Program-made: the position numbers and the translations under genes
In this document: positions 8,763 to 18,466 of the stretch, in pieces
How positions within the stretch are numbered: position 1 is the stretch's first letter
Layout: each line of letters starts with the position of its first letter
Virus record (IMG/VR): IMGVR_UViG_2873337989_000001
Length of the DNA stretch: 59,363 nt
Source: an uncultured virus (IMG/VR IMGVR_UViG_2873337989_000001)
Lineage: Duplodnaviria > Heunggongvirae > Uroviricota > Caudoviricetes
Strand: one strand, 5' to 3'
The notes under the pieces: generated by a model
Database searches by the model: none
What the model saw: the letters and a program-made list of their open reading frames with translations, nothing else
What the model was told of the DNA's origin: nothing

Positions 8763-10931
8763 GTGGCCACCACCCCACAGCGCAACGGCAGGCGGCCGTC
8801 CGCGCTTCAGGGTGCCCTGTCCGCCGCCGCCCAGGCCAACGCCACCCTCGCGGCGACCGGAGCCCTCGCCGACACGTTCGGCTTTCACCCCCTCTGGGGT
8901 GCAGCCGGCACCGTGGCGGCCGCGGGGGCCACCGTGCTGGCCAACGCCCAAGCCGCCCCATCCGCGCTGCTGTACCGGCTGGCGTGCTGGTGCGGTGCCG
9001 GGACCTGGCTCACCTGGGTTCTGGCCACCGACATGTGGCAACCCAGCTCCTTCGCCACCCTCGGCATCGGCACGCTGGCCGCCGTGCTCGGCTCACCGCT
9101 CGCCCACCGCGAGCGGCAGCGCCTGGAGGCCAGCGTGGGGCGGGGCGCGCTCGTGCTGAGCTCCACCTCCCGCCTCGCCCAGGACTGGGAGCGGCGCGTC
9201 CTGCTCAACTGCCACTTCAACGTCCGGATCGAGGAGGTGCGCTGGTGGCCCGGCCGCACCGGCTACGACCTGCTCACCCGCATCGAGACCCCGGGCCGTA
9301 CCCGGGCCGATCTGGAGCGCGGCGCCGACACCATGGCCACCAACGCCAAACTCCCCAACGGCTGCGGCATCGAGGTCACCAAGGGCCCCGACCGGGGCTC
9401 GGCATGGATGCGCGTCGGCATCGTCAACCGGCTCGCCGAGACCATCCCCTACCCGGAAGACTTCAGCCCGACCAGCTTCCTGGACCCCAAAACGCTCGGC
9501 GAGTACCGCGACGGCTCCCCCGTCCAGGTCGTGCTCCGGCAGAAGGCCGGACTCATCACCGGCCAGCGCGGCTCAGGCAAGACCATGCTCCAGCACGTCC
9601 TCACCTGCGAGGCCGGCCGCTCGCGTGACGCCATCGTCATCCACATCGACCTCAACGGCGGCGGCCTGTCGCAGCCGTGGCTCGACCCGTGGATCGAGGG
9701 CGACATCGACCGGTGCCCGCTCGGCTGGGCCGCCTCCAACATCGACGAGGCCCTGCTGGTGTCGCGAGCCATGCTGGCGATCGCCAAGGACCGCAAGCGC
9801 TCCACCCGGCGGATCAAGAAGGCCGCCAACAGCCAGTTGCTGCCCATCAGCGTGGACCTGCCCGCCTACAAGATCATCGTGGACGAGTCCGCTGAAGCGA
9901 TGGGCCAGACCTCGGAGCCGCGCTACGCCGAGCTGCGCTCGAACCTGGCCGAGATCCAGCGCATCGGCCGTAACGAGGCGATCGAGGTGGACTTCTCCGG
10001 CCTGCGCGCCACACAGGACGTCATCCCCGTCAACGTCAAGAAGCAGTCGAGCCTGCGGATCGGCATGTTCGTGCAGGACACCGAGGAGATCTCCTACCTG
10101 TTCGGCTGGGGCCGGGGCCTGTCCCTGGAGGACCTCGACGGGCCGGGCTGCGGGTTCATCCAGTTCGACCAGGAGAAGCCGCGTCCCTTCAAGGCTGCGT
10201 TCATGGACTTCCTGCAGATCACCCGCGCCGCCGTGGCGATCTCCCGCATCCGGCCAGATTTCGACCCAGCCGCCGAGCGGGCCGCTCGCTCGGTGATCGG
10301 CGCAGCGTTCGACACCCGGTTCGAGCGGATGCGGGTCGCGTTCACCGAACACAACGAGGACGACTACGACGAGGCAGGAGAGGAGGAAGGGCGTGCGCAG
10401 CTCCCGGCCGTCCGCACGCCCGCGCCCGCGCCCGCTGTCCCAGGGCGGGATTTCACGCTCATCATGGGCGGCAACATGGCCGACTGGCCGCACCCGTCCG
10501 AGATCGCCGCCGCCATGGCCAACCAGCCCGCCCAGGCGGCCGTGCGAATCGCCCCCGGCGTCCTCCCCGCCCCGGCCGAGGCTCCGGAACTGATCCGCCG
10601 CGCCATGGCGGTCTTCCACGCCGAGGGCGACGACCGGATCCACTCCGAAGACCTGGCCGCCGCGCTGGGCTTCCCCAACAAGTACGAGCTGGCCGCCGCG
10701 CTCGCGCCGTACGGCGTGACCGCCCGCCCGAACGCCTTCCTGAAGGGCGGCCAGCGGCGCCGAGGCTACGACCTCGCCGACTTCACCACCGCCACCCAGC
10801 GTGACCAGCAAGGGTCAGCGGAAGGGCCGCCCAGCGCCCTTGCCGGCCCCCACAACCCCCACGTGGGGGACCCCCACACCCACACAACCCCCACACGTGA
10901 CCCCCACATCCATGCTGACCAGGCGAATTAG
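8763..10931 (+). CDS. traB: TraB-like FtsK/SpoIIIE conjugative DNA translocase
   Basis: N-terminal TMs, Walker A GQRGSGKT, Walker B IIVDE, GR..ATQ, C-terminal wHTH; AAGGAG RBS. Confidence 0.85.
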   Translation: MATTPQRNGRRPSALQGALSAAAQANATLAATGALADTFGFHPLWGAAGTVAAAGATVLANAQAAPSALLYRLACWCGAGTWLTWVLATDMWQPSSFATLGIGTLAAVLGSPLAHRERQRLEASVGRGALVLSSTSRLAQDWERRVLLNCHFNVRIEEVRWWPGRTGYDLLTRIETPGRTRADLERGADTMATNAKLPNGCGIEVTKGPDRGSAWMRVGIVNRLAETIPYPEDFSPTSFLDPKTLGEYRDGSPVQVVLRQKAGLITGQRGSGKTMLQHVLTCEAGRSRDAIVIHIDLNGGGLSQPWLDPWIEGDIDRCPLGWAASNIDEALLVSRAMLAIAKDRKRSTRRIKKAANSQLLPISVDLPAYKIIVDESAEAMGQTSEPRYAELRSNLAEIQRIGRNEAIEVDFSGLRATQDVIPVNVKKQSSLRIGMFVQDTEEISYLFGWGRGLSLEDLDGPGCGFIQFDQEKPRPFKAAFMDFLQITRAAVAISRIRPDFDPAAERAARSVIGAAFDTRFERMRVAFTEHNEDDYDEAGEEEGRAQLPAVRTPAPAPAVPGRDFTLIMGGNMADWPHPSEIAAAMANQPAQAAVRIAPGVLPAPAEAPELIRRAMAVFHAEGDDRIHSEDLAAALGFPNKYELAAALAPYGVTARPNAFLKGGQRRRGYDLADFTTATQRDQQGSAEGPPSALAGPHNPHVGDPHTHTTPTRDPHIHADQAN

Positions 10932-11027
10932 CGGATCGTGTGGGGGTTGTGCGACCCCCACACCGCTCCCCTGGCCCTGCGAAAACCCCGCCAACCCCTA
11001 CCTCCCAGCACCCCCACACCCCCCACA
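10846..11027. repeat. clt-like cluster of 8-bp ACCCCCAC repeats (putative TraB recognition sites)
   Basis: ACCCCCAC at 10855, 10870, 10887, 10900, 10954, 11010, plus variants and inverted GTGGGGG copies at the traB 3' end. Confidence 0.7.
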
Positions 11028-11065
11028 TCCGCACCAAACGCGAACCCCGTTGAAGGTGACTGACA

Positions 11066-12286
11066 GTGACTAAGGCTCGTGAGCTTGACCGTGACTTCCT
11101 CGGCGACGTGCTGTTCCTCGGCATCGGCATCGTGGTGCTGTGGGTGTCGTTCGACACGCTGACCCACCTGGCTGAGCTGGCCGGATGGAAAACCGTGTGG
11201 GACCTGCCGAACGGCTGGACGATCCGGATGGCGTGGGCGCTGCCCGTGGCGGTGGACTTTTACGCCATCGCCACCGCGCGGGTCTGGCTGATGCGCCGCT
11301 GGTGGATCAGCGACGCCACCCGCGATCACGCCCGCTTGGGCGCCTGGTGGGCCATCGGCGGCAGCGTGGGACTGAACTCTGTCTCCCACGCGCTGATGAA
11401 GCTCCAATACCGGGCCGACTCCTGGCACGGGGCCAGCTTGGCGGTACTGATCGGCGCGGTACCGCCCGTGGTACTGGCCGCCATCGCGCACCTGCGCGCG
11501 ATGCAGAACCAGGACCGAGCCGAAGCGGTGGAGAAGGAGCGGGCCCGCGCCGAGCGGGCGGCCGAGCAGCACGCGCGGCGGGCCGAGACCAAGGCCGGTA
11601 CCGGCAGGCCTGAGTCCGGCGGCAAGCCCGGTACCGCGCCGGTCCCGGCACCGGCTGTGCTGCCCGGTGCCGGTGCCGGTGCGGTCCCGGTACCGGCGGA
11701 CGCGGCTGGTGCCGGTACCGGGCCCGGCGGCAGCCTCCCACCGACCGGTACCGGGACCGTGGCTGGGACTGGGAGGCCCAAGCCTCCCCCGCCCGCCCCC
11801 ACCCCCACGCCTGCGCCGCGCCGTCAGCAGGAGCAGCAGCCCGACCCCGCGAAGGGAACCACACTGCTCACGTCCAAAGACCTGGACTTCGCCGAGCAGT
11901 ACATGGCCGACCACCCTGGCGTCACGCCGACCAAGCAGGACCTCATGGATTGCGGCTTGGGCTCCGGCCGCGCCCTTCGGATCCGCGCCTACATCGATGC
12001 TGCGGTCAAGGCGTCGGGTACCGGTCCCGCCCCGCAGACCACGCCCGGCGGGGCCGGTACCGGCCACGAGAAGCCGGTACCGGACGGCGCCGGTACCGTC
12101 CCTCCTCCGCCGCCTGGTACCGCCTCGTCCGGTACCGTCACCGCCTCCCCCGACCCCACCGGTACCGCCCCTGGAACCGACATCGGTACCGACGCCGGTA
12201 CCGGCCCCAGTACCGACGCCGGTACCGGTACTGGGGCCGGTACCGAGTTGGTCGCCGCCGGGACCAACGTCGCCGTCAACGAATAA
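11066..12286 (+). CDS. DUF2637/Spd-like membrane spreading protein
   Basis: SFDTLTHLAELAGW...AWALPVAVD, four TMs, coiled coil, low-complexity G/T/P tail. Confidence 0.7.
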   Translation: MTKARELDRDFLGDVLFLGIGIVVLWVSFDTLTHLAELAGWKTVWDLPNGWTIRMAWALPVAVDFYAIATARVWLMRRWWISDATRDHARLGAWWAIGGSVGLNSVSHALMKLQYRADSWHGASLAVLIGAVPPVVLAAIAHLRAMQNQDRAEAVEKERARAERAAEQHARRAETKAGTGRPESGGKPGTAPVPAPAVLPGAGAGAVPVPADAAGAGTGPGGSLPPTGTGTVAGTGRPKPPPPAPTPTPAPRRQQEQQPDPAKGTTLLTSKDLDFAEQYMADHPGVTPTKQDLMDCGLGSGRALRIRAYIDAAVKASGTGPAPQTTPGGAGTGHEKPVPDGAGTVPPPPPGTASSGTVTASPDPTGTAPGTDIGTDAGTGPSTDAGTGTGAGTELVAAGTNVAVNE

Positions 12287-12342
12287 CCCGCCCGGTACCG
12301 CTCACCGGCGGTACCGGGACCGCCCCCAGGAAGGAACCCACC

Positions 12343-12777
12343 ATGATCCGCTCTCTCCTCCGCAAGCCCCGGCCCGCCGTCGCCCTCCCCTACTTCCCGA
12401 AGCCTGACGCCCCGGCGCAGATCATCCGGCAGGGGCGTTCCGCCCGGCCCGCGCCCGACATGCTGACCATCAACCGCGAAGCGCTCGCCATCGCCGTCGC
12501 TAACCTCGCCATCGCCCGCGCCAACCGCGAACTGCGCCCCTGGGATCGGGAGGAAGCGATGGGCCCCGACGCCAAAGTTCTGGCGGGCTGGCTCAGCGAA
12601 GCGCCCGACCGCGCCGACTACGACGCCCGCGTCCAGGCGCTCAACGCGCAGGTCACCATCGGCGGCGCGAAGAAGGAGACGTCGAACTACGACTGGAGCA
12701 TCGTGATCGCCACCAGCGGCCAGGCCCTCCTCAACAAGGCCAAAGCCATCTACAAGCAGCTCACCAGCGACCAGTAG
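12343..12777 (+). CDS. hypothetical protein
   Basis: AAGGA RBS; MIRSLLRK...; followed by a terminator. Confidence 0.7.
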   Translation: MIRSLLRKPRPAVALPYFPKPDAPAQIIRQGRSARPAPDMLTINREALAIAVANLAIARANRELRPWDREEAMGPDAKVLAGWLSEAPDRADYDARVQALNAQVTIGGAKKETSNYDWSIVIATSGQALLNKAKAIYKQLTSDQ

Positions 12778-12789
12778 CAGCACAACGAG

Positions 12790-12823
12790 AGAGGGGCGGC
12801 AGCCGTACGGCTGCCGCCCCTCT
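12790..12823. terminator. bidirectional hairpin terminator
   Basis: AGAGGGGCGGCAGCCG-ta-CGGCTGCCGCCCCTCT perfect stem between convergent genes. Confidence 0.85.
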
Positions 12824-12835
12824 TCCATCTCGTGC

Positions 12836-13600
12836 TCAGGCCGCCTTCCTCCTCATCGGCACACCGGCCCGCTCCAGCGCCCGCCGGACCCTCCGAAACG
12901 AGCAGCCAAGCTCAGCCGCCACCTCCTTGCCCGACCGGGTCCTGGCCAGCATCCGCACCAGCACCTCCGTCCGGGGGAGCGGCTTGATCCCCTCATCGTT
13001 CAACGCCTCCCGCGCTCGCTTCTGCGAGCAGCCCAGCCGTGCGGCCAACGCCCGCACCGAGCCCACCTCATCCAGCAACTCGGCCAGGTCATCCCCGGCC
13101 GGCAGCGGCTTTCGGCCGCGTCCCCGGATCTGTCCGAGGTGGCGCCGCACCGTCGCCTCACAGAAGCCCGTCAAGATCGCGATCGCGGGCGCCGTCCATC
13201 CCTGCTCGGCCAGCAACGCCGCCTGTTCCCGGTCGAAGCTGGACTTGCCCGACAACGATGTCCCGCCCAGCCGCAGCGGCACGCCCGCCTCGGCGACGAT
13301 GTTGCGGACCGACTGCTCAGCGATGCCGTACCGGGCGCACAGCACACGCATCTTCTCCCCCGCCACGTAGCCGTCGACGACGGCCCGCCTGGTGTCGGCC
13401 GGGATGATCTGGGCGCGGGAGCCGCGCGGCCGCAGCTCGACCCCGGCCGCGACCAGCGCGTCATAGATCGCCGTGTGCGACCAGCCAAGACGGCGCCCCA
13501 CCTCCCTCACCGACAGCTTCTCCTCGAGGTACAGGCGTGTGGCGGCGGCAGTGTCCACGGTGCGCCGCGCGATGGGGGTCTCAGTCACGGCGGGCACCAT
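12836..13600 (-). CDS. multi-HTH DNA-binding protein
   Basis: about five HTH-like repeats (LSVREVGRRLGWSHTAIY; GSVRALAARLGCS...). Confidence 0.8.
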   Translation of the reverse strand: MVPAVTETPIARRTVDTAAATRLYLEEKLSVREVGRRLGWSHTAIYDALVAAGVELRPRGSRAQIIPADTRRAVVDGYVAGEKMRVLCARYGIAEQSVRNIVAEAGVPLRLGGTSLSGKSSFDREQAALLAEQGWTAPAIAILTGFCEATVRRHLGQIRGRGRKPLPAGDDLAELLDEVGSVRALAARLGCSQKRAREALNDEGIKPLPRTEVLVRMLARTRSGKEVAAELGCSFRRVRRALERAGVPMRRKAA

Positions 13601-13667
13601 CTCGAATCCGGGCGCTTACGTCGCCTCGCCCGGACGCAAGCCGCTCGGACGGCTACCGTCCGCGGGC

Positions 13668-14231
13668 ATGGCACGAGTGCGACTGAATGGCGGCCTGTCC
13701 CGGCAGATCGCCGCCCTGGTGGCCCGCCGCGTCGACCAGGTCGCCGACGACCTCGCCGAGAATGCTCGCGCGGCCGCCCCGGACGGCAAGGTGTGGCAGA
13801 CCGACGCCGACGAGCAGGTCCGCCCCTCCCACGCCAAGGCGCAGGGCCAGCTCATCCCCGACAACGTCGACTTCCGGCTGCACGCCATGGTGTACGTCCG
13901 CAAAGGACGCGACCAGGACGGCCAAGGCGTCAACGCCGCAGGCGGGTGGAAGGAGGTAGAGGGGGTGTGGGACGTGGCCGAGCGGCCGCGTGATGCCCGC
14001 CTCCCCTACCACCAGACCGTGAACTGCCGCTGCCGCCGGATCGAGCTGCCCGGCGCGGTCGCCGCAGGGGTCTCCTCCAGCCCGGCCCGCCCGTCCGGTC
14101 GCGCCATCACCGCCAGCGTGTCCGTCGCCTTCCCCCGCGTGGCCGAATCCGAATACGCCGACCAGGGCGGCGGCTGGCTCGCCGCAGCCGCCCGGCAGGC
14201 CGCCGCCAAGCATCGGGCCAGGAGACGTTAA
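13668..14231 (+). CDS. HK97 gp10-like neck protein with inserted MuF-like domain
   Basis: ARAAAP-[KVWQT..D..VRPSH...NCRC]-...V....SEY...WL..A. Confidence 0.6.
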   Translation: MARVRLNGGLSRQIAALVARRVDQVADDLAENARAAAPDGKVWQTDADEQVRPSHAKAQGQLIPDNVDFRLHAMVYVRKGRDQDGQGVNAAGGWKEVEGVWDVAERPRDARLPYHQTVNCRCRRIELPGAVAAGVSSSPARPSGRAITASVSVAFPRVAESEYADQGGGWLAAAARQAAAKHRARRR

Positions 14232-14292
14232 CGAGCCTTCCAGGCAGCATGCCGTCGATTGACACCACCTGAACCCCTGGGAGGGAAACCGC

Positions 14293-14520
14293 ATGCAGGT
14301 CAAGTGCACTCTCGCCAACCCGCTAGGCACCGACGACTCCCGCGACATCGGCCTGGAGGCGCGCGTCCACCGCACGGGCGAGCAGATCACCGTCAATTAC
14401 TCGGACGCGATGCGGCTGGTCGGCGCCGGCTACATCAAGGACGCCCGCCACTCCGACCAGGAGAGCATCCGCAAGGCGCTCGTCCCGGTCAAGGCGTCGG
14501 CCGCTGGGAAGGGGCAGTAG
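14293..14520 (+). CDS. small phage hypothetical protein
   Basis: GGAGGG RBS; own promoter motif upstream. Confidence 0.7.
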   Translation: MQVKCTLANPLGTDDSRDIGLEARVHRTGEQITVNYSDAMRLVGAGYIKDARHSDQESIRKALVPVKASAAGKGQ

Positions 14521-14523
14521 CAG

Positions 14524-14946
14524 GTGCGTTCCCTGGCTGACGCCGACCCGATCCCGGACGCCCTCGCCCACCTGACCGGCAGTGCCCGGCTGGCGGCCGA
14601 GCTGGGCGGCGTGGGCAGGGTCGGCGCGGCCCACCAACCGCCCTACCCTCGGCTGCGCGTCCGGCCGGTCCCGGGCGGCGGCGAGAACCTACAGACCGGC
14701 GAGGTCGCCCTTCTGCTCAAGTTGGAGGCGCTCGACAGCGTCGAGGCGCCGGTGGGGGAGTGGCAGCTGCGCCGCATCCTGTACGTCGCCCTGGAGGAGC
14801 TCGCCGTACTCCCTTCCCTCCCTCCGGTTGAGGGCAGAGTGGTCATCACCCACGTGGGGTCCCGCGTCGGCGGCGGGCCGGTGCCCGAGGCGGACGGCCG
14901 CAGCCGCTACATCGCCACGGCCGCCATCCACTGCCACTCTGGATAG
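14524..14946 (+). CDS. putative tail-completion/terminator-like protein
   Basis: size and pattern (ADADP...PPYPRLRV...RYIAT) and position after the gp10-like gene. Confidence 0.5.
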   Translation: MRSLADADPIPDALAHLTGSARLAAELGGVGRVGAAHQPPYPRLRVRPVPGGGENLQTGEVALLLKLEALDSVEAPVGEWQLRRILYVALEELAVLPSLPPVEGRVVITHVGSRVGGGPVPEADGRSRYIATAAIHCHSG

Positions 14947-14951
14947 GCGGC

Positions 14952-15506
14952 CTACAGCAGGCCGAGCTGCTCGCCCGTCCCGCCCGCTGTGGCCACGTCC
15001 AGCGCGAGCGCCATCGCCCGGCGCAGTCGCCGGCACTCCCGGCACTCCCGATGCTCCGGCCGGTCCGCGCGGACGATGAGGTTGTCGCCGACGAGCGCGT
15101 GCCCGCGGATGCACTCGTCCTTGCGGGCGTTCACCGCAGTCGGAGAGCCGGAGCGCAGGTTGTTCTCCTCCGGCGTTCGAGCCTTCCAGTGACCCGGGTT
15201 GCCGCACGCGCGGTGGGGGCAGCCGTCCTTCTTCGCGCAGTAGTCCGGGTGGTGGCAGAGATGGTCCACTTCCCACCCGGTCGGGATCGGGCCGTGCACG
15301 AGCGGATACACGACCAGATGCAGTAGCCGGGTCCGGCCTCCGGCCGAGATGACGGCATACCCGCGGTTGTTGGTCGAGCCGCGCCATGGCCAGCATGGGC
15401 CGAGTTCGGGGGCGTGCGAGGGGATGGGTCCGGCCATGTCGACTCTCTTGAGCCAGCGCGTGCCGACGCCGGGGACGGCGAGCATCGGTGCTGCGGATGC
15501 GCTCAT
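14952..15506 (-). CDS. HNH endonuclease (HNH_3-like)
   Basis: CWPWRG...GY...H...GPIP..WEVDHLC...C.NP.H...T..EN...C.RGH. Confidence 0.85.
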   Translation of the reverse strand: MSASAAPMLAVPGVGTRWLKRVDMAGPIPSHAPELGPCWPWRGSTNNRGYAVISAGGRTRLLHLVVYPLVHGPIPTGWEVDHLCHHPDYCAKKDGCPHRACGNPGHWKARTPEENNLRSGSPTAVNARKDECIRGHALVGDNLIVRADRPEHRECRECRRLRRAMALALDVATAGGTGEQLGLL

Positions 15507-15684
15507 GCATCCGATGGTGACCCACCTGATCGGCAGGAGCCAAGCGTCCGAGGCTGTTTTCTCGCCCGATTTGGGGTGTCGCCATTACCGAGACGCTCGG
15601 GGACGGATACCGTTTCGGACGCCCGCCCCATGGATTCACGGCCAGGGACGGGCGGAACATCGTCCGATCGGAAGGCTACCCCTT

Positions 15685-16395
15685 ATGGCTGTAGCGACAC
15701 AGGAGCACGCACCCGTGCCCCGAACTATCGCCGTCGTCAATCAGAAAGGCGGCGTAGGGAAGACCACCACGTGCATCAACCTCGGCATCGTCACTGTGGT
15801 GGCTGGCGGCAAAGCGCTCGTCATCGACGCCGACCCGCAGAAGTCAGCGACCGACGCCGCCGCCCTCCTGAAGAAGGGCAAGCACGGCCTCCCGTGCGAC
15901 TTCACCACCGAGTCCGGCCACGAGGCGCTCCGGAATCTGCACCGCATCCGCAACTACGACCGCAAGTACGTCGACACGCCGGGCAGCCTGGAGAACGAAG
16001 GACGCGTCCAAGCGGTCCTCAGCAACAGCGATCTGGTCATCATCCCGTTCGACCTAGACGGCGGAGCGCTGAAGCCCACCATCAGAACCGCTCGGCTGGC
16101 CCAGGAGATGGGGGTGCCTTTCGCGATCCTCATGACGAAGGTGGACCCGCATGCCACCCGTGGCCCGAAGCTCGTCCTTGAGGCACGAGAAGTGTTCGAC
16201 GAGCAAGGCCTGCCGTACTTCAAGGTCTTCACGCGCAATTACACCTGCTACTCCGACTGCGTGAAGAACAACACCATCATCACCGAGTGGCGTGACGGGA
16301 GCGCCCGAACCGCGGTGGAGGAACTGCATCGCGTGCATGCCGCAGTCGAACTCAAGTTGAGCCGTCTGCCGATCGTAGAGAGGGTTGGAAGGTGA
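15685..16395 (+). CDS. parA: ParA-family partition ATPase
   Basis: IAVVNQKGGVGKTT, VIDADPQ, VDTPG. Confidence 0.92.
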   Translation: MAVATQEHAPVPRTIAVVNQKGGVGKTTTCINLGIVTVVAGGKALVIDADPQKSATDAAALLKKGKHGLPCDFTTESGHEALRNLHRIRNYDRKYVDTPGSLENEGRVQAVLSNSDLVIIPFDLDGGALKPTIRTARLAQEMGVPFAILMTKVDPHATRGPKLVLEAREVFDEQGLPYFKVFTRNYTCYSDCVKNNTIITEWRDGSARTAVEELHRVHAAVELKLSRLPIVERVGR

Positions 16396-16910
16396 CCGCA
16401 GTGGCAGGAGATAAGAAGAGCTTCTCCGATCTCCTCGGCGACGACGATGACGACGTTCAGGTTCCCAGTGGGCGAGGCGCTGACCGCGCTCCTGAGGCGC
16501 TTGAGGCGGATGGTGCGACCAAGGAGACGCCGCAGGCGGGTTCCGGCCGCCAGCAAGCGTCTGAGGGCCGTCCAGACGACACCTGGATGTATGACGAGGA
16601 GCCTCAGCGCGACTCGGCGGACCAGAAACGGGCGAAAACGGGCAGATCTACCGGGGCGGTTCGCGGCAAGAACCGGCGTCCGGGATCGGGTCCGGCAGCC
16701 GTGCAGCTGTCCAAGGGGCAGCGCGACGACTGGCGTTGGCGACTGCGCTCCTTGGCGGGCAAGCTGCACGCTGATGAGCAGGCTCTCTACCAGACCACCG
16801 ACCGGTGGGAGGAGCTGGTGACGTCCGCGCGTAAGGAGGGCGTCCCGGACAGCATGCTGCTGGTCGCTCTGATGGACGCAGGGATAGAGGAGCCCGAACG
16901 CTACCTCTGA
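16392..16910 (+). CDS. putative ParA partner (centromere-binding adaptor)
   Basis: GTGA-coupled to parA; N-terminal KKSFSDLLG; no canonical ParB box recognised. Confidence 0.6.
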   Translation: MTAVAGDKKSFSDLLGDDDDDVQVPSGRGADRAPEALEADGATKETPQAGSGRQQASEGRPDDTWMYDEEPQRDSADQKRAKTGRSTGAVRGKNRRPGSGPAAVQLSKGQRDDWRWRLRSLAGKLHADEQALYQTTDRWEELVTSARKEGVPDSMLLVALMDAGIEEPERYL

Positions 16911-16926
16911 ACCCAGGCAGTTCGTA

Positions 16927-16962
16927 GAAGCCCCCGGTACTCCCCCAGGAGCCGGGGGCTTC
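16927..16962 (+). terminator. hairpin after the par operon
   Basis: GAAGCCCCCGG...CCGGGGGCTTC. Confidence 0.7.
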
Positions 16963-17211
16963 CCCATTCCCGCCGCAGTCTCTCCCCCCTACCTGTCGGG
17001 CTAGCGCCCTCCCGGTATCCCCGCCGGTCAGGATCCAGCTTTCTGGCGTGTCGTACCACCCTCTAAAGAGGCTGGCGGATTACCATCGCGCGCGGGTACG
17101 CGCGTACCCGCGCGCGTACCCGAGGCCCCGACTCACCCCGTCATCAATCGCTTCATCGGTGAGGGCCGTACGGCTGCGGATATGTCAGTCCCCCACCGCA
17201 TACTCCTGCCT

Positions 17212-17577
17212 ATGAGTAACCCATCGGTGAGCCCCCCACCAGACCGGCCGTCCCCCCTACAGCGATCCCGACCGGGGCCGCCAGTGCGGACGCCGATTCC
17301 TGTGGAGACGTACATGCACCTGGTGGGGGAGCGAGTCATCCTGCTAACACGCTCCGGCGCTTGGCGGCATGACCTGCGCGCCGCCTCCAACCCGCAAGCC
17401 GACCAGCGAGGACGCCTGCAGATCCGACTGGTGCCGGAGCAGGAGTGGTATCTGCTCGCCGCGACGGGCCGCTTCTCAGACGGCAGCCTCGACAGCAAGA
17501 TCGAGACGCACCGTGCCGACCGGGTGTGGGTGGAGGTCCTTCAACCCGCCACCAGAGACGTCTCGACCCTGATGTAG
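17212..17577 (+). CDS. hypothetical protein
   Basis: plausible globular ORF; overlaps the convergent gene by 37 nt. Confidence 0.45.
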   Translation: MSNPSVSPPPDRPSPLQRSRPGPPVRTPIPVETYMHLVGERVILLTRSGAWRHDLRAASNPQADQRGRLQIRLVPEQEWYLLAATGRFSDGSLDSKIETHRADRVWVEVLQPATRDVSTLM

Positions 17578-17882
17578 TCGATAGCAGAGTCGAAGTCGCT
17601 CGCCCGCAGCGACGCCACGCCGATCGTCCACGCCCGCCCCTGGCCGCCTTGCTCGACGATCCGGTCGCCCGCCGCCACCGGCCACCATGCCGGATCCACC
17701 GCCAGCACCCACACGCCCGGCCCGGTCTCGCCGTCGCCGTCGACGTCCGGCCGGGACACGATCCGGCCCGGCCGGACATCCTCCACCGCGCCGAGCACCC
17801 CGGCGACCGGGGTGCCGTGCCCGTCGACGCCTGCCGTACGGCGGCGCAGCCCCAACACCAGGTTGGCGCCGATCACAGCCAT
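17541..17882 (-). CDS. head-closure/stopper-like protein
   Basis: MAVIGANL...WPVAAGDRIV...W.I; follows the adaptor gene. Confidence 0.55.
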   Translation of the reverse strand: MAVIGANLVLGLRRRTAGVDGHGTPVAGVLGAVEDVRPGRIVSRPDVDGDGETGPGVWVLAVDPAWWPVAAGDRIVEQGGQGRAWTIGVASLRASDFDSAIDYIRVETSLVAG

Positions 17883-18466
17883 GCCGTACCCGTCTCGATC
17901 GGGTGCGGCGCCCTGCCGGGCGCCTGGTAGACGGTGTGGTGAACCCACTCATCCAAGTCGGCGAGGGTCGGGGGAGCCCCCGCAACCCCCGACCCTGCCG
18001 CGCTCTGGGTGGACTCGTAGACGACGCCCTGGCCCTCGACGTTGACCGAGGTCTGCAGCCGTACGCCCTTCGCCTGCGTGAGACGCCGGACGATCGGGCT
18101 GACGGCAGCGGACCAGGTGACGTACCGGCGTAGCACTCGGCCGTACCGGGGATCCGACTCCGGGTCCAGCCCGGCCCGATAGACGATCGTGTACGCGCCC
18201 GTCAGCGCACCGTTGACCGGGTGGGTCTCCGCCGTGGCGGACACCACCTCGATGACGGGCTCGTAGTCCAAGCACCAGCCGCCGCGCCCGTCCTGAACGA
18301 CGCCGCGCTGCGTGAAAGTCTCCGGGACAGGGGAGCGGCCCAGATGGCTGGCCACTTCAGCGAACGCATCCTCGATGGCCTCCTCGACCAAGGCGCGATC
18401 GTCGGCGTCCAACGCGGCGGGGAGGCCGGCGCGCACCGCGACCTTCTCGGGCGTCACCAGATCCAT
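17873..18466 (-). CDS. head-tail adaptor (gp6-like)
   Basis: LVTPEKVA...AIEDA.AEV.SHLGR...YRAG...SVNVEGQGVVY. Confidence 0.65.
   Translation of the reverse strand: MDLVTPEKVAVRAGLPAALDADDRALVEEAIEDAFAEVASHLGRSPVPETFTQRGVVQDGRGGWCLDYEPVIEVVSATAETHPVNGALTGAYTIVYRAGLDPESDPRYGRVLRRYVTWSAAVSPIVRRLTQAKGVRLQTSVNVEGQGVVYESTQSAAGSGVAGAPPTLADLDEWVHHTVYQAPGRAPHPIETGTAWL

Noticed and set aside
10846..12316. Repeat clusters as a CRISPR array
   Set aside because: Repeats are 6-8 bp and irregularly spaced; no cas genes
15349..15684. Long N-terminal extension of ParA in the ORF track
   Set aside because: Overlaps the divergent HNH gene; ATG 15685 lies just before the Walker A region
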